A DNA stretch of 64,000 bases from a virus. The notes beneath the pieces were generated by a model. It had not been told where the DNA came from, searched no databases, and worked only from the letters and a program-made list of their open reading frames with translations. The stretch spans positions 3,683 through 67,682 of IMG/VR virus record IMGVR_UViG_3300005253_000655. One strand, given 5' to 3'. A program made the translations under genes and the position numbers. Positions 1-9,366 of this stretch are shown piece by piece; the first letter of the stretch is position 1; every line of letters starts with the position of its first letter.

Positions 1-1288
1 CGCTAAATGTCAACTCATACACGAAGGAATAGAAACGCGAGGTCTCGAATTGTAAGGCCTGTACTGTAGCTTGCCTTGGGAATGTGATCCACCCACTGTT
101 TGCCATGCCAGATGTGTAGTCATTTTCAGTGCCCACATCCGCGAAGGCTGTCCCATTGAAATATTTGACAGCGGTCAAGGAAGTTGCGGCGGTGGTAGGA
201 TTAGCTCCTACGTCGATGTAAATTCCGTCAACAGGATCTGTACAGAATAATAGGATCTTGCGCCCAGAGGCTAGGGCATCAAGCTGTACAGATGCAGCCG
301 CATACACACTGTATTTGCTGGCAGCATCGGCCTCGACCCAGACTTCCACAGGGAAAATTGCAACACCGTCCCAGAGGTTGACAATGGGCTCCCAGGTGGA
401 ATCATACTTGATGGTGTTGACTTCCACTTCTGAATCCATTGCGCCGGAAAAATAGAAGAAATACCAGTAACCGGAGATCCCCCACATGTTGGTACCCATG
501 ATATCGGAGGGTGCGGTAAAGGACACGGTACCATCTACCCCCATTGTAGTATCGCCGCCTGTTTCCGTACCGTCACTGAGACCGGACACAGCGGTGAATG
601 TGTTGTCGTTCTTCCTGTACTTCACGGAGGATAAAGTGACAGTATTAGCATTGAGAGTCTGCAGATCGAAGGTGAAGGACTTGGCGGGTACAGGTGTCAT
701 TACTGCCAGAGTGTTGTTGGCATTGGTGCCGAGTGAGTCAAGTATCACCAGTTTGGTACTGTCATCCACGCCAACCTCTACACTGTAATCGTGACCCTTA
801 TCAGGTACATCTGTGAGCGCGGTAGTCTCGGCCCACACCACTGCCTTTGTCACATAGGAGGTATTGCCTCCATAGCTTATGTGCTGGTCCACGCCGTTGC
901 TATGGATCAGTATATCATTAATCACAGTCCAAGAGGCGGGGATCTGATTTGCTCCACCGCTATACACCTCGGAACCGAAGACGCCGGAAGTGACTGCAGG
1001 CGGATCGTTGGTAGCTTCAAGCACGTCACCGTCGCTCATCTGAGCATAGAAATGCTTCTCATCCACTTCAGACTTGCGAAACTGGTACATGTTCAGTACC
1101 TTATTTGTGCTGTCTGCTGTGGAATGCTGCTTGATCTGACCGGGGCGCTTGATGAAGCCGGGACGCAGGGGCCGAATGTTTTGGGCCTCCGAGTATGCGC
1201 CAAAGGGTAACAAGGCAGGATCAACATACGTGTTGACCCCGCCCTGGAAAGGTACGGTCTTAGCGTTTGTAAGTTCTCTTGTCGGCAT
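1..1288 (-). CDS. Tail tubular B / head-stabilisation (P22 gp10-like) protein, 3' end beyond window
   Basis: Manual translation from ATG 1288 (RBS AGGAG): MPTRELTNAKTVPFQGGVNTYVDPALLPFGAYSEAQNIRPLRPGFIKRPG..., the N-terminal pattern of podoviral tail nozzle proteins. Absent from the ORF track, consistent with no stop before the window edge. Confidence 0.65.
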   Translation of the reverse strand, partial: MPTRELTNAKTVPFQGGVNTYVDPALLPFGAYSEAQNIRPLRPGFIKRPGQIKQHSTADSTNKVLNMYQFRKSEVDEKHFYAQMSDGDVLEATNDPPAVTSGVFGSEVYSGGANQIPASWTVINDILIHSNGVDQHISYGGNTSYVTKAVVWAETTALTDVPDKGHDYSVEVGVDDSTKLVILDSLGTNANNTLAVMTPVPAKSFTFDLQTLNANTVTLSSVKYRKNDNTFTAVSGLSDGTETGGDTTMGVDGTVSFTAPSDIMGTNMWGISGYWYFFYFSGAMDSEVEVNTIKYDSTWEPIVNLWDGVAIFPVEVWVEADAASKYSVYAAASVQLDALASGRKILLFCTDPVDGIYIDVGANPTTAATSLTAVKYFNGTAFADVGTENDYTSGMANSGWITFPRQATVQALQFETSRFYSFVYELTFS

Positions 1289-1297
1289 TTATGTCTC

Positions 1298-2182
1298 CTA
1301 CCAAATAGTATAACCTTGATCAGGGATGGTGATCCCGTCAAGGGCAGACATACCAAAATCAGTCCAGATGTCTTCAGGGCTCTCATCTCCCATAGCACCG
1401 GCCCAGGCGTTGTAAGTATCAAAGACTTCGTTTATCCAATCCGCGACCTCATCCTTTGTCGGATTCTCCTGACTTGCAGGATGCTTGGCCTTGGCGGTCA
1501 TTGATGCTCGGGGTGCAATGAGGTGGTGAAAGGGCTCAGGTAGTTCAGGTACTAGTCCATACCAGTCATTCGCCGACGCTGTCTCAGTGATCGTGGCAAC
1601 TCGCGCAGCCGTATAATCGTCAATGACATCTACCCAAGCCTGTGTGCGGTTCTCAATGGTCATGCTGTTATAATAATCCGCGAGGAGTTTGCCGTCTGTT
1701 GCCAGAGTTATAGACAAAGCATCCCCTGCCGTGGCTTTTCCATGATGGATTTCTCTTGGCTTGGAGATGTACCATAGTGTGTAGGTTTTGTTGACGCCGG
1801 ACTTGTTGAGTACGAAGGTATTGCCTTTATGGTAATACATATTGTCTGTCCCTGTACCTCCTGAGACAGGCAGTATTTGAATGGAGGACGCTTCTACCTT
1901 GTAACCGTTCTCGTCCTTCAGCTCCTTCACGTATCCAAAGTTTCCGGGTAAAGTAATGACGGAGCTTGTCACAGCGACTGAACTGGACGTGAGAAACCAT
2001 TCAGGCTTGTACTTCATGAGCATGGAAGTGATGTATTTTTGTGCGGTGTTAATCTGCTGAAGGAGAAAGCTGTTTGAGTACAGACCGCTTGTGTCAGTTG
2101 ACTCGACATAAGCAGTGCTGTACTCATTCAAGTTCTCTCGGACATCAGACATAATTTGGTAGGCGTTATGATATGTGTCCAT
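1298..2182 (-). CDS. Head-tail adaptor / tail tubular A-like protein
   Basis: 294 aa; 'VRENLNE...INTAQ...LPGNF...ELPEPFHHLI' pattern; lies between capsid and nozzle genes. Confidence 0.6.
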   Translation of the reverse strand: MDTYHNAYQIMSDVRENLNEYSTAYVESTDTSGLYSNSFLLQQINTAQKYITSMLMKYKPEWFLTSSSVAVTSSVITLPGNFGYVKELKDENGYKVEASSIQILPVSGGTGTDNMYYHKGNTFVLNKSGVNKTYTLWYISKPREIHHGKATAGDALSITLATDGKLLADYYNSMTIENRTQAWVDVIDDYTAARVATITETASANDWYGLVPELPEPFHHLIAPRASMTAKAKHPASQENPTKDEVADWINEVFDTYNAWAGAMGDESPEDIWTDFGMSALDGITIPDQGYTIW

Positions 2183-2196
2183 AGATGGTTTTCCTT

Positions 2197-2883
2197 TTAG
2201 AATTCAAACGGGAGTTTGTCCTCTTTAAAGTGTGACTCCCACTTTGCGATAATCTCGTTCTGCATTTCAACGGGCCAATCTTTTTTGATTTCCTCTTGCT
2301 TATTCGTGTTCTTGACCCAGGCCTTGAAAGCTGCAGCACCCTTGTTCTTGAACTGTCGAAGGTAGACGTCGCGCTCTCCCACCTTGGTGTCAAACTCCTT
2401 GGTCATCTTGCCGATAAGGGTTTCCACCTGGTTCGTCAGGGTACCTACCTGCTCTTTGAAAGATCCTATCTCGTCTCTCAGTTTGTTATTGTCGGTCTTT
2501 AATTCCTCCATCTCTTTGCTACTGGAGGCCTTGGTCATTTTCCAGGGTCCGACCACTTCAAGTTCCAACTGCTTTGCATGAAACGCAAGTTCTGGAGAGA
2601 TATCCAAATAGGCCTTGTTCTCGTTCTTTCGCCTCTCATTTAACTGGTTGAAATTGACGATCTGCCTGACCCAGAAGTCCTCGTAAATGATCTTCGCATC
2701 TCGGGCTTTCTCTTTCTTGTCGTCATCGTATTGTAGTTGAACGAGCCCCCGTGACCCATACTTATTGAGTATGTGCTTTGCTCTGGGCTCAGCCATCTCG
2801 ACGATCTCACCAGGTTTGATCCTGCCTGTGACGCCGATGTGAGTCCATAAAATTGTATCGGGTGTGAAGTTTGCTACTATCAT
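2197..2883 (-). CDS. Hypothetical protein with coiled coil
   Basis: 228-aa ORF with RBS AAGGAG. Confidence 0.6.
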   Translation of the reverse strand: MIVANFTPDTILWTHIGVTGRIKPGEIVEMAEPRAKHILNKYGSRGLVQLQYDDDKKEKARDAKIIYEDFWVRQIVNFNQLNERRKNENKAYLDISPELAFHAKQLELEVVGPWKMTKASSSKEMEELKTDNNKLRDEIGSFKEQVGTLTNQVETLIGKMTKEFDTKVGERDVYLRQFKNKGAAAFKAWVKNTNKQEEIKKDWPVEMQNEIIAKWESHFKEDKLPFEF

Positions 2884-2926
2884 TGTTTTCTCCTTTGGGT
2901 TATTCTAAGGGTGATTGAATCACATC

Positions 2927-3472
2927 TTAGATAACTAGGTTTTTGTATACTTTGCCTTTGGCTTTCGGGGTCACCTGTCTGTATGCGGTAACTCCTTTGC
3001 CAGAATTCGATGCTCTGTTATATGTGTTGACAAGTTGGATCTTATCGTCTACGGTGCATTCCCGCAGCTCTTGTGCAACCTTGTCGTCGAAGTCGTCTTG
3101 AAAGCCCAACATGTATTCCTCGCCTTCAAGTATGCGCTGGTCCGCTGCCTTACGCTGGAAATCCGCCTCGTGCAGGACGCGCACGTCCCTCATGTCCGGT
3201 TGACGGAAGCCGGAGTTGTTGCAGTCCTCACCTTCCACCACTGCGGCCAGGGTGCGACCGCTCAAATTGCTTGGCTGAGTGATGATGAATTTGCCAAGTT
3301 GCCTGCTAAATTGCACTCGCAGGGTGGGGTCGAAATCCCGCAACTTGCGTACAAAACCCGTGTCGGGTGCCGGGGTGAGTCCGTTCCAGACTGCCCTGTG
3401 CTCGACTCTATCCTGCGGGGTGGAGAGCATTGCGTCTCTCTCGGAGTCTCGTGCATGCTGGTAGACAGACAT
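2927..3472 (-). CDS. Hypothetical protein
   Basis: 181-aa ORF coupled to upstream ORF. Confidence 0.6.
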   Translation of the reverse strand: MSVYQHARDSERDAMLSTPQDRVEHRAVWNGLTPAPDTGFVRKLRDFDPTLRVQFSRQLGKFIITQPSNLSGRTLAAVVEGEDCNNSGFRQPDMRDVRVLHEADFQRKAADQRILEGEEYMLGFQDDFDDKVAQELRECTVDDKIQLVNTYNRASNSGKGVTAYRQVTPKAKGKVYKNLVI

Positions 3473-3699
3473 TATAGAGCCCTCCTTTTGTGTGTGTCAT
3501 ATTTGCAAAGCTCTGTACAGGTTTCACAATCCTCGGGGTTACATCTCAATCTCAATTTCACAGGGCAATTAGCTTCTCCGCCCTCACAACCTATATTACA
3601 ATCACCCCCACAAAGGGGCTCAACAGTAAAGATAGCTTGATAGTTGTCACGATAGGTATTTGATACTCTACCGGGAAACCAATCTGTGGTATGAACCAT
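3472..3699 (-). CDS. Small Cys-rich protein
   Basis: 75 aa, 8 Cys, RBS GGAGG. Confidence 0.5.
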   Translation of the reverse strand: MVHTTDWFPGRVSNTYRDNYQAIFTVEPLCGGDCNIGCEGGEANCPVKLRLRCNPEDCETCTELCKYDTHKRRAL

Positions 3700-3709
3700 G
3701 TAGTACCTC

Positions 3710-4294
3710 CTAATTTTGTTTGATTTGTTCTACACGTGCCAGGTTGTTATTGAAAAAGACAAGGCCCGTGTTCGGAGTTCTGGCTTTAGAGTCCAGGGCT
3801 TTCACCATGTTGTCCACATCCAGATCGACAAAAACGAAGTCCCGGACCTGACTAGCCACGGTACGGGGGTATTTGATTACATCGTGGAATTGAATATCTA
3901 ACACTTGAATTGCACGATCCTGTAGTATCTGCCGCGCCTCTCTCACGCAGGTAATAGGGTCGTCTTCCCACACCACGTTCATCGCCATGAGAGATGTGAT
4001 TATTTCGTTTGGATCACGCAGCATGAATATGACTTTCGCGTTTATGTCTGCCGGGAGTCGAGGGATAAACGGGGCGACCACCTTTATGGCTTTGCCTTGT
4101 AAATCCTCATTAGTCATCTTGTCTAGTCGCGGACCAAGGTTGTTAAGCTCATAGTCACCGTGGGCATCAAACGCGCCTTGTGACTGCATGTTCTTCGCGT
4201 CTGCCACTACATCCAGGCCTCCCCTGTGTAGCATCTGCATCATCAGGGAGGTGCCTGTTCGCGGGAAGCCGCTGACTATTGTGGAAAAATTCAT
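3710..4294 (-). CDS. Sulfotransferase-family protein
   Basis: 5'-PSB loop IVSGFPRTGTSLMMQML; 3'-PB motif VIFMLRDPNEIITS. Confidence 0.8.
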   Translation of the reverse strand: MNFSTIVSGFPRTGTSLMMQMLHRGGLDVVADAKNMQSQGAFDAHGDYELNNLGPRLDKMTNEDLQGKAIKVVAPFIPRLPADINAKVIFMLRDPNEIITSLMAMNVVWEDDPITCVREARQILQDRAIQVLDIQFHDVIKYPRTVASQVRDFVFVDLDVDNMVKALDSKARTPNTGLVFFNNNLARVEQIKQN

Positions 4295-4315
4295 TCTTTA
4301 TTCCATTTACAAAAT

Positions 4316-4894
4316 TTATATTCTTTTATTAAGTTTGATACCCACTTGAACAACCTGATTTTCTTTGGGTATTTCAACAAAATCTAAAATGGCCTCTACA
4401 CCTGTTTTGCTGTTGAGGGCGTCTGTATCCCAGATTCTAAACTGTCCGGGATGTTTTTCTTGCAGTCTCTCAGATATTATATAGTAATCGTCCCACATTA
4501 ATCCAATAGCTGTTTTTCGATCTGTGTCGTAGCGAGGGTACATTCGATACCATTCTTTAATTGGATGTACGTTAAGGCCTCTCGAAAACGCCCACATTGA
4601 CTCAATAACTTCTTGACGCTTCCGTTTAAGACAGATAAATTTCGTGTTAGATGCAGCCTGTAACATACGTTCTACATGATTAAGCCAGTAATATCCAACA
4701 TCCCCTATTATGTCCGCATCCAGTTCAAGTAATTCCTCAATCCTTTGTTCCGCTACATCAGGCTCGTTATCCCAAGGTATAGGTAAGTTCTCGTGCGTAA
4801 CCTTAGAGTTCCCCTGGGAATTGAGCAAGCGTTGAAGGGACATTGTACCACATCTTCCAGAACCCAAACCTATAATCACTTTACGGTAAGGCAT
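4316..4894 (-). CDS. Sulfotransferase-family protein (second, divergent)
   Basis: IIGLGSGRCGTMSLQRLL P-loop; KFICLKR...ES motif; ATG 4894 overlaps the end of the upstream ORF. Confidence 0.75.
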   Translation of the reverse strand: MPYRKVIIGLGSGRCGTMSLQRLLNSQGNSKVTHENLPIPWDNEPDVAEQRIEELLELDADIIGDVGYYWLNHVERMLQAASNTKFICLKRKRQEVIESMWAFSRGLNVHPIKEWYRMYPRYDTDRKTAIGLMWDDYYIISERLQEKHPGQFRIWDTDALNSKTGVEAILDFVEIPKENQVVQVGIKLNKRI

Positions 4895-5156
4895 CAATTT
4901 TGTTCTCAATAACGTCTAAATGTGTGTCTAGGTTATTTAGTTGAGAATCCAGTGTATCCAGTTTACTCTCAATAGCGAGTATCCTAGAAAGCGCGTACTT
5001 AACAAAAAATTCTATCTGAGTGTGTGAGTGTTTTAATACAGGTATTTCACCTGTTCCCGCACAGTCCAGGTCAGGTTGCCCGTTAATTAATCCTGTACCA
5101 TTACATTGATCGTGTGGTTGTAATAGATCCGGCAACTCTTCCCACCATTTAGCCAT
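4881..5156 (-). CDS. Small protein with CxGTG repeats and C-terminal coiled coil
   Basis: QCNGTG / DCAGTG; heptads ILAIESKLDTLDSQLNNLDTHLDVIENKI. Confidence 0.55.
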   Translation of the reverse strand: MAKWWEELPDLLQPHDQCNGTGLINGQPDLDCAGTGEIPVLKHSHTQIEFFVKYALSRILAIESKLDTLDSQLNNLDTHLDVIENKIDALP

Positions 5157-5174
5157 ATTTATATCCTTCTTTTA

Positions 5175-5196
5175 TGAGGGGGCCGAAACCCCCTCA
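5175..5196 (-). terminator. GC-rich UUCG hairpin (weak terminator or stabiliser)
   Basis: Minus strand TGAGGGGGT-TTCG-GCCCCCTCA; no U-tract. Confidence 0.4.
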
Positions 5197-5220
5197 ATAC
5201 TATTATTAAAAGTTTAGAGA

Positions 5221-6222
5221 TTAGGGATTAGATCCAGTCTGTCGTTCAATCAAACCTGCAACAGTTCCATCATGAGCAGCAGTTAACGGGTGCCCACAAT
5301 AGGTAGCTGCTTGACTTGATCCGCCTGTGACAATCTTGTCGAAGCCTACAAACATACAGTTAGGATCGAAGAGAAGCTGCCCTGTACCTGCTTTGTTATT
5401 GTCATAAACTAAGGCAGTACACTGGTCAGCGTGTCCAGCATACCAAGCAGTAAACATACAATTCCTGAAAAACTGTGGCCCAGAAATATCAGACGAGCTT
5501 TTCCCACAATCTAGCATTCTTCCGCCTACAGCGTTCACAGACATGAAGAAAAGACAATCCTCAAATGTGCTTCTATAAGCACTTCCAGTCCACCCAACTT
5601 GTGCGGCACCAGACATGGTATTGTGGGCAGTTGTTCCAAAAATACAGCTCTTGAAGTAGTTTCCGCCCCCGTCGATCAACACATTGTTAACGTCTGTATC
5701 TTGCCCTTGAGTACCGTTAGTTGGACCTTCAAACCAACAGTTCTCGTAGTGGTTTCCGCTTCCCGTGTTTTTGATATTGTAATGCTGAGCAGCGTTAGAT
5801 CCCCCACTTTTAAAATGGATATTCTTGATCAAACAATCATTACCGGCAAACGTAAACCACGGACTTGTTGCTGTACTTGCCGAATGCTGAATGGTCACAT
5901 TGTTAGACCAGGGGGAGGCAGAATGCGAACCGATGATATGAGTATTATTCTTATCCCAATTCAGCAACGATGTAAACGTGTATGTTCCTGGCATCACTAC
6001 TACCACGTCATTTCGATAAGCCGTCAAAGAATTTTCAGCAAGAGCCGGTGTCGTGAAAATGCTTCCGCTCTTCACCCCATTGGACTCTAGCCAGCTTCTA
6101 TGCTGATTAGTGGCAGATGTGGCAGTAGCAACATACTTCACGTCACCCAAACCAGGCCCCATGCCTGCTTCACCCATAATCCAATTAATCAAACTTGGGT
6201 CTAAATTTCTTTTCTTAATCAT
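5221..6222 (-). CDS. Right-handed beta-helix (pectin-lyase-like) virion protein, probable capsid decoration
   Basis: VVVMPGTY; repeated xxNCxF/xxDCxF turns; directly downstream of the capsid gene. Confidence 0.7.
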   Translation of the reverse strand: MIKKRNLDPSLINWIMGEAGMGPGLGDVKYVATATSATNQHRSWLESNGVKSGSIFTTPALAENSLTAYRNDVVVVMPGTYTFTSLLNWDKNNTHIIGSHSASPWSNNVTIQHSASTATSPWFTFAGNDCLIKNIHFKSGGSNAAQHYNIKNTGSGNHYENCWFEGPTNGTQGQDTDVNNVLIDGGGNYFKSCIFGTTAHNTMSGAAQVGWTGSAYRSTFEDCLFFMSVNAVGGRMLDCGKSSSDISGPQFFRNCMFTAWYAGHADQCTALVYDNNKAGTGQLLFDPNCMFVGFDKIVTGGSSQAATYCGHPLTAAHDGTVAGLIERQTGSNP

Positions 6223-6339
6223 TTGTTATTTCTCCTTTAGGATAGTTAGCCCCTGGCAGGCGAGGAAAGAGACAAGAACAATTGTTATTACTCCGTCTTG
6301 TCTCGTACTCGCCTGCCAGGATACTAGGTTAAATTGTTT

Positions 6340-7665
6340 TTACCAAGGTGCGCTGGTAGGCTCGGTAAGGTCGTCAAGCAGAGTCAATGCTGTCCGCTTC
6401 TCGACACCGAGATTGGCATAGGTACGGAGGTACATGGTACCCTCATCGTAATCCTGCCGCCAGTGCATCCTGTTCGGATCAAACCCACCCCAACCAATCG
6501 GGGTCAGCTCGTATTTCTTGATCGCGTCATTGGGCTCGAAGTACATACGATTAGGCTGTGTATAAGGATCAACAACCATCTCAATCGCGCCGTTCTGAGA
6601 GAAGGTGAGCTTCTCGTATCCACCCTTATACTGTCCAGGTGCATACCGTACATCAGGCTCCAGGAGACCAAAATACTTTCGTCTCTGGCCGAGGCCCAGT
6701 CGAATCATTCCGACATCACTATCGGATCGCGCCGCACTGGTATCAATGGCTGAAAGCATAAGGTCCGTGGTCAGTTCCCTATTCACATCAGAGTTCCCCA
6801 GAATATTGGCCTTCCATTCCGCGTCCGTGGATACCGTGATACCTTCAAAAGCAGCGAGCAAGGTACCATCATCGAACATACCATTAAGGCCGGTAAGCTC
6901 GTAGGAAGCGTTCGTGGTTGCATGCACTGCAGCTCTGGAACCGTAACGAACCATCTCAGCCCCGGAAGCAATGGTAGCGGCAGAGACAGTGTAGGACTGC
7001 GCTGCTACCAAGGGATGCTTGGCTTTATACGTGCTCGCATTGGCCTCCATCGTGACAACCCTTGTGGAAGGATTAACACTGAAGACTCTGGATGCAACAG
7101 AACTCTGATCAAAAGCAGTAGACTCGAAGAAATCCACGATCATACCCTTACGTACATATCGGGTGCCGCGATCATTGTCCATTGTGACGGTCCAAGTCGT
7201 GGAAGTGCTAAGAGTGTCAGACGTGGTGCTCAAAGTCCCGAGCAAACCATACCCATCACCGTGACACTGCCTATTCAAGTCACTGATAAGCGCCTTGTAG
7301 GTATCCATGACAGCGTCCCCCTGAGCGTCAACGAACGCACCCAAGTTGCCTTTACCAGCTTCAATAGCAAGACCGGAAAGTCGCAGAACACCATAAAGCA
7401 ATTTCGGGGAAATAGTCCCCTGCACACCGTCACCAGTGATAGGCTCAGGCAAGAAAGTCCCTTCAGCTCTACCACCAACGGACTCGATGGCTCCCTGACG
7501 CACACTGAAAAAGTATCCAGCGCCTGCAGGTTTGACCTGGGCTTTTCGATTCGATTTGGAAAACAAATTATAAGTCATGGGCTGACGGTTAAACAGATCC
7601 GTGATTTTGTTCCCATAGACTCTTTTAAGCTGAAACGCAATAGCGCTTGTATCTAAAGTTGCCAC
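6340..7665 (-). CDS. Major capsid protein
   Basis: 441 aa; follows the scaffold; DLNRQCHGDG and ELTGL motifs typical of HK97-fold capsid proteins. Confidence 0.8.
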   Translation of the reverse strand: MATLDTSAIAFQLKRVYGNKITDLFNRQPMTYNLFSKSNRKAQVKPAGAGYFFSVRQGAIESVGGRAEGTFLPEPITGDGVQGTISPKLLYGVLRLSGLAIEAGKGNLGAFVDAQGDAVMDTYKALISDLNRQCHGDGYGLLGTLSTTSDTLSTSTTWTVTMDNDRGTRYVRKGMIVDFFESTAFDQSSVASRVFSVNPSTRVVTMEANASTYKAKHPLVAAQSYTVSAATIASGAEMVRYGSRAAVHATTNASYELTGLNGMFDDGTLLAAFEGITVSTDAEWKANILGNSDVNRELTTDLMLSAIDTSAARSDSDVGMIRLGLGQRRKYFGLLEPDVRYAPGQYKGGYEKLTFSQNGAIEMVVDPYTQPNRMYFEPNDAIKKYELTPIGWGGFDPNRMHWRQDYDEGTMYLRTYANLGVEKRTALTLLDDLTEPTSAPW

Positions 7666-7676
7666 TTTCTTTCTCC

Positions 7677-8696
7677 TTACATACCTTCATCAACGTTACT
7701 GGCAATCATCTCAAGCAGTTCTTTCTTACCTGCGTCGAACACATCTTCGACACTCGCATTGGGATCTGTCTTAGGCGTCTTGACCGACGTTACATCGGTG
7801 CCTACAGACTTTCCCATCGGGGTAATCTTTGACTGCCCTTTGGCATAACTGTCAATAGCTTCTTGTTTTATATTGTTTACGAATTCCTGGAACTTAGAAA
7901 CACTTCCGCTTGCCATTTTCTTGACATCGCCAATTTTCTCGATGTCAACTTCATTGGCAGGATTGTTGACTCCCAGTAACAAGGACATCATGGCTTTCTC
8001 TGTGTCGCTTGCACCTTCAACATTGTCAACCACATCTACGATGGTGGAGTTGTAATTGTCAAGAGCACGCATGTTGTCCTGTTGCTCTTGTCGCGCCAAG
8101 TCTTCCTGCGTATTACTATTCTGCAGGTCCAAATTGCGCTTCTCCAACCTATCAATTGTTTCTTCCGAGGTTTCGCCTTCTCTTGTTTTTTGTTCGTCTT
8201 GCGTAGCCCAGTAATCCTTGATTTCTTTCAACTGCTTGGATTCTGCAACCAGCTCATTCGCGTCCTTGTCACCTAACAACTGCTTTAATGACTGTCCGGT
8301 TTCAAGGGCCTCAGATAAATCTTCAGCAGATTCGTAGCCATGTTTAGCTAAAAGTTCTGTGAGGTTCTTTTCTGCAGCTCTTGCGGCCAGCCATTTCGGG
8401 TCTTGGTCGTAAGGTTTTTCGTCTGTGTTGTCGGTAGGGGAATCCGACTTTTGCCCCTTGTCTTCGGTTTTAACTGCGTCGCTGTCCTCGGCGGGTAACT
8501 CGTCACCAGTTTTCCCGTCTTCAGCGGCGCTTTTGGTATCATCGACAACGACTGTATCTTCAGTTGTTCCGTTGTCTACAAAAATTCCATCGGACCCTTC
8601 TAAGCTATCAACTATTTCGCTGGAGTCCAGGGATGTATTCGTATTGTCGCCTTCTGTCACATTGCCTGCCATAAAATCGTCATAAAAGTCTGCCAT
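7677..8696 (-). CDS. Capsid scaffolding protein
   Basis: Very acidic N-terminus, coiled coil, position between portal and capsid. Confidence 0.7.
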   Translation of the reverse strand: MADFYDDFMAGNVTEGDNTNTSLDSSEIVDSLEGSDGIFVDNGTTEDTVVVDDTKSAAEDGKTGDELPAEDSDAVKTEDKGQKSDSPTDNTDEKPYDQDPKWLAARAAEKNLTELLAKHGYESAEDLSEALETGQSLKQLLGDKDANELVAESKQLKEIKDYWATQDEQKTREGETSEETIDRLEKRNLDLQNSNTQEDLARQEQQDNMRALDNYNSTIVDVVDNVEGASDTEKAMMSLLLGVNNPANEVDIEKIGDVKKMASGSVSKFQEFVNNIKQEAIDSYAKGQSKITPMGKSVGTDVTSVKTPKTDPNASVEDVFDAGKKELLEMIASNVDEGM

Positions 8697-8761
8697 TTGT
8701 TCTCTCCTTTTTCACTAGCCTAAGTACACGTACAGTAGGATAGTGATCACTTTAATGATGT

Positions 8762-9184
8762 TTAGTATATTTTCCCGTGAGGGTTGCTTGGCATGCTCGG
8801 GTTTCCGTCACTGCCTGCGGCAATACCCATTCCGTCCCCAGAGGATTTCTTTCCCTTCATGGCGTCTTTCATTGTCTTTTTCTTACCCTTGCCCATTTCG
8901 AGATAGATGTCGGTAATCTGCATGGACACGTTCTCGTCCATGTGGTTACCCATACTCTCGGACATGCTGAGCCTTTCCACTTTGGCTGTGGCCTGCAGCA
9001 TGATTTCTCCGCCGACTTTGAAGTCCTCAGCTTTGTAACCGAGTTTCTTGAGCGAGTCGTAATTGAGACTGATGGAAAGACCATAAGGATACTTGTCATA
9101 TTCCGTTATCTTATCCGGCATCATATCGCTTTTGGCTTTCTTAGGGCTTTTCTTCATACTCGTCATTTTATAATACATAGGCAT
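8762..9184 (-). CDS. Capsid staple (Gp10-like) protein
   Basis: YPYGLSISL..LKKLG...VG..IMLQATAKV....MQITD motif. Confidence 0.6.
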   Translation of the reverse strand: MPMYYKMTSMKKSPKKAKSDMMPDKITEYDKYPYGLSISLNYDSLKKLGYKAEDFKVGGEIMLQATAKVERLSMSESMGNHMDENVSMQITDIYLEMGKGKKKTMKDAMKGKKSSGDGMGIAAGSDGNPSMPSNPHGKIY

Positions 9185-9198
9185 TGTCGAATTCTCCT

Positions 9199-9366
9199 TT
9201 ACCTCTTGTTTTGTCGCATATTTTCACGGTATCCACGGACACCCATAAGTGCGCTACTGACCTTCTTAGGTGCTTTGGTCACGCTGCCACTTCTTCCGCG
9301 TACGTTTTTCTTTATCATCTTCCACGCTTTAGTGGCAAGATCCAAGAGTTCATTTTTCTCAGGCAT
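9199..9366 (-). CDS. Small basic protein (55 aa)
   Basis: Manual translation MPEKNELLDLATKAWKMIKK...; start overlaps the portal stop. Confidence 0.45.
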   Translation of the reverse strand: MPEKNELLDLATKAWKMIKKNVRGRSGSVTKAPKKVSSALMGVRGYRENMRQNKR

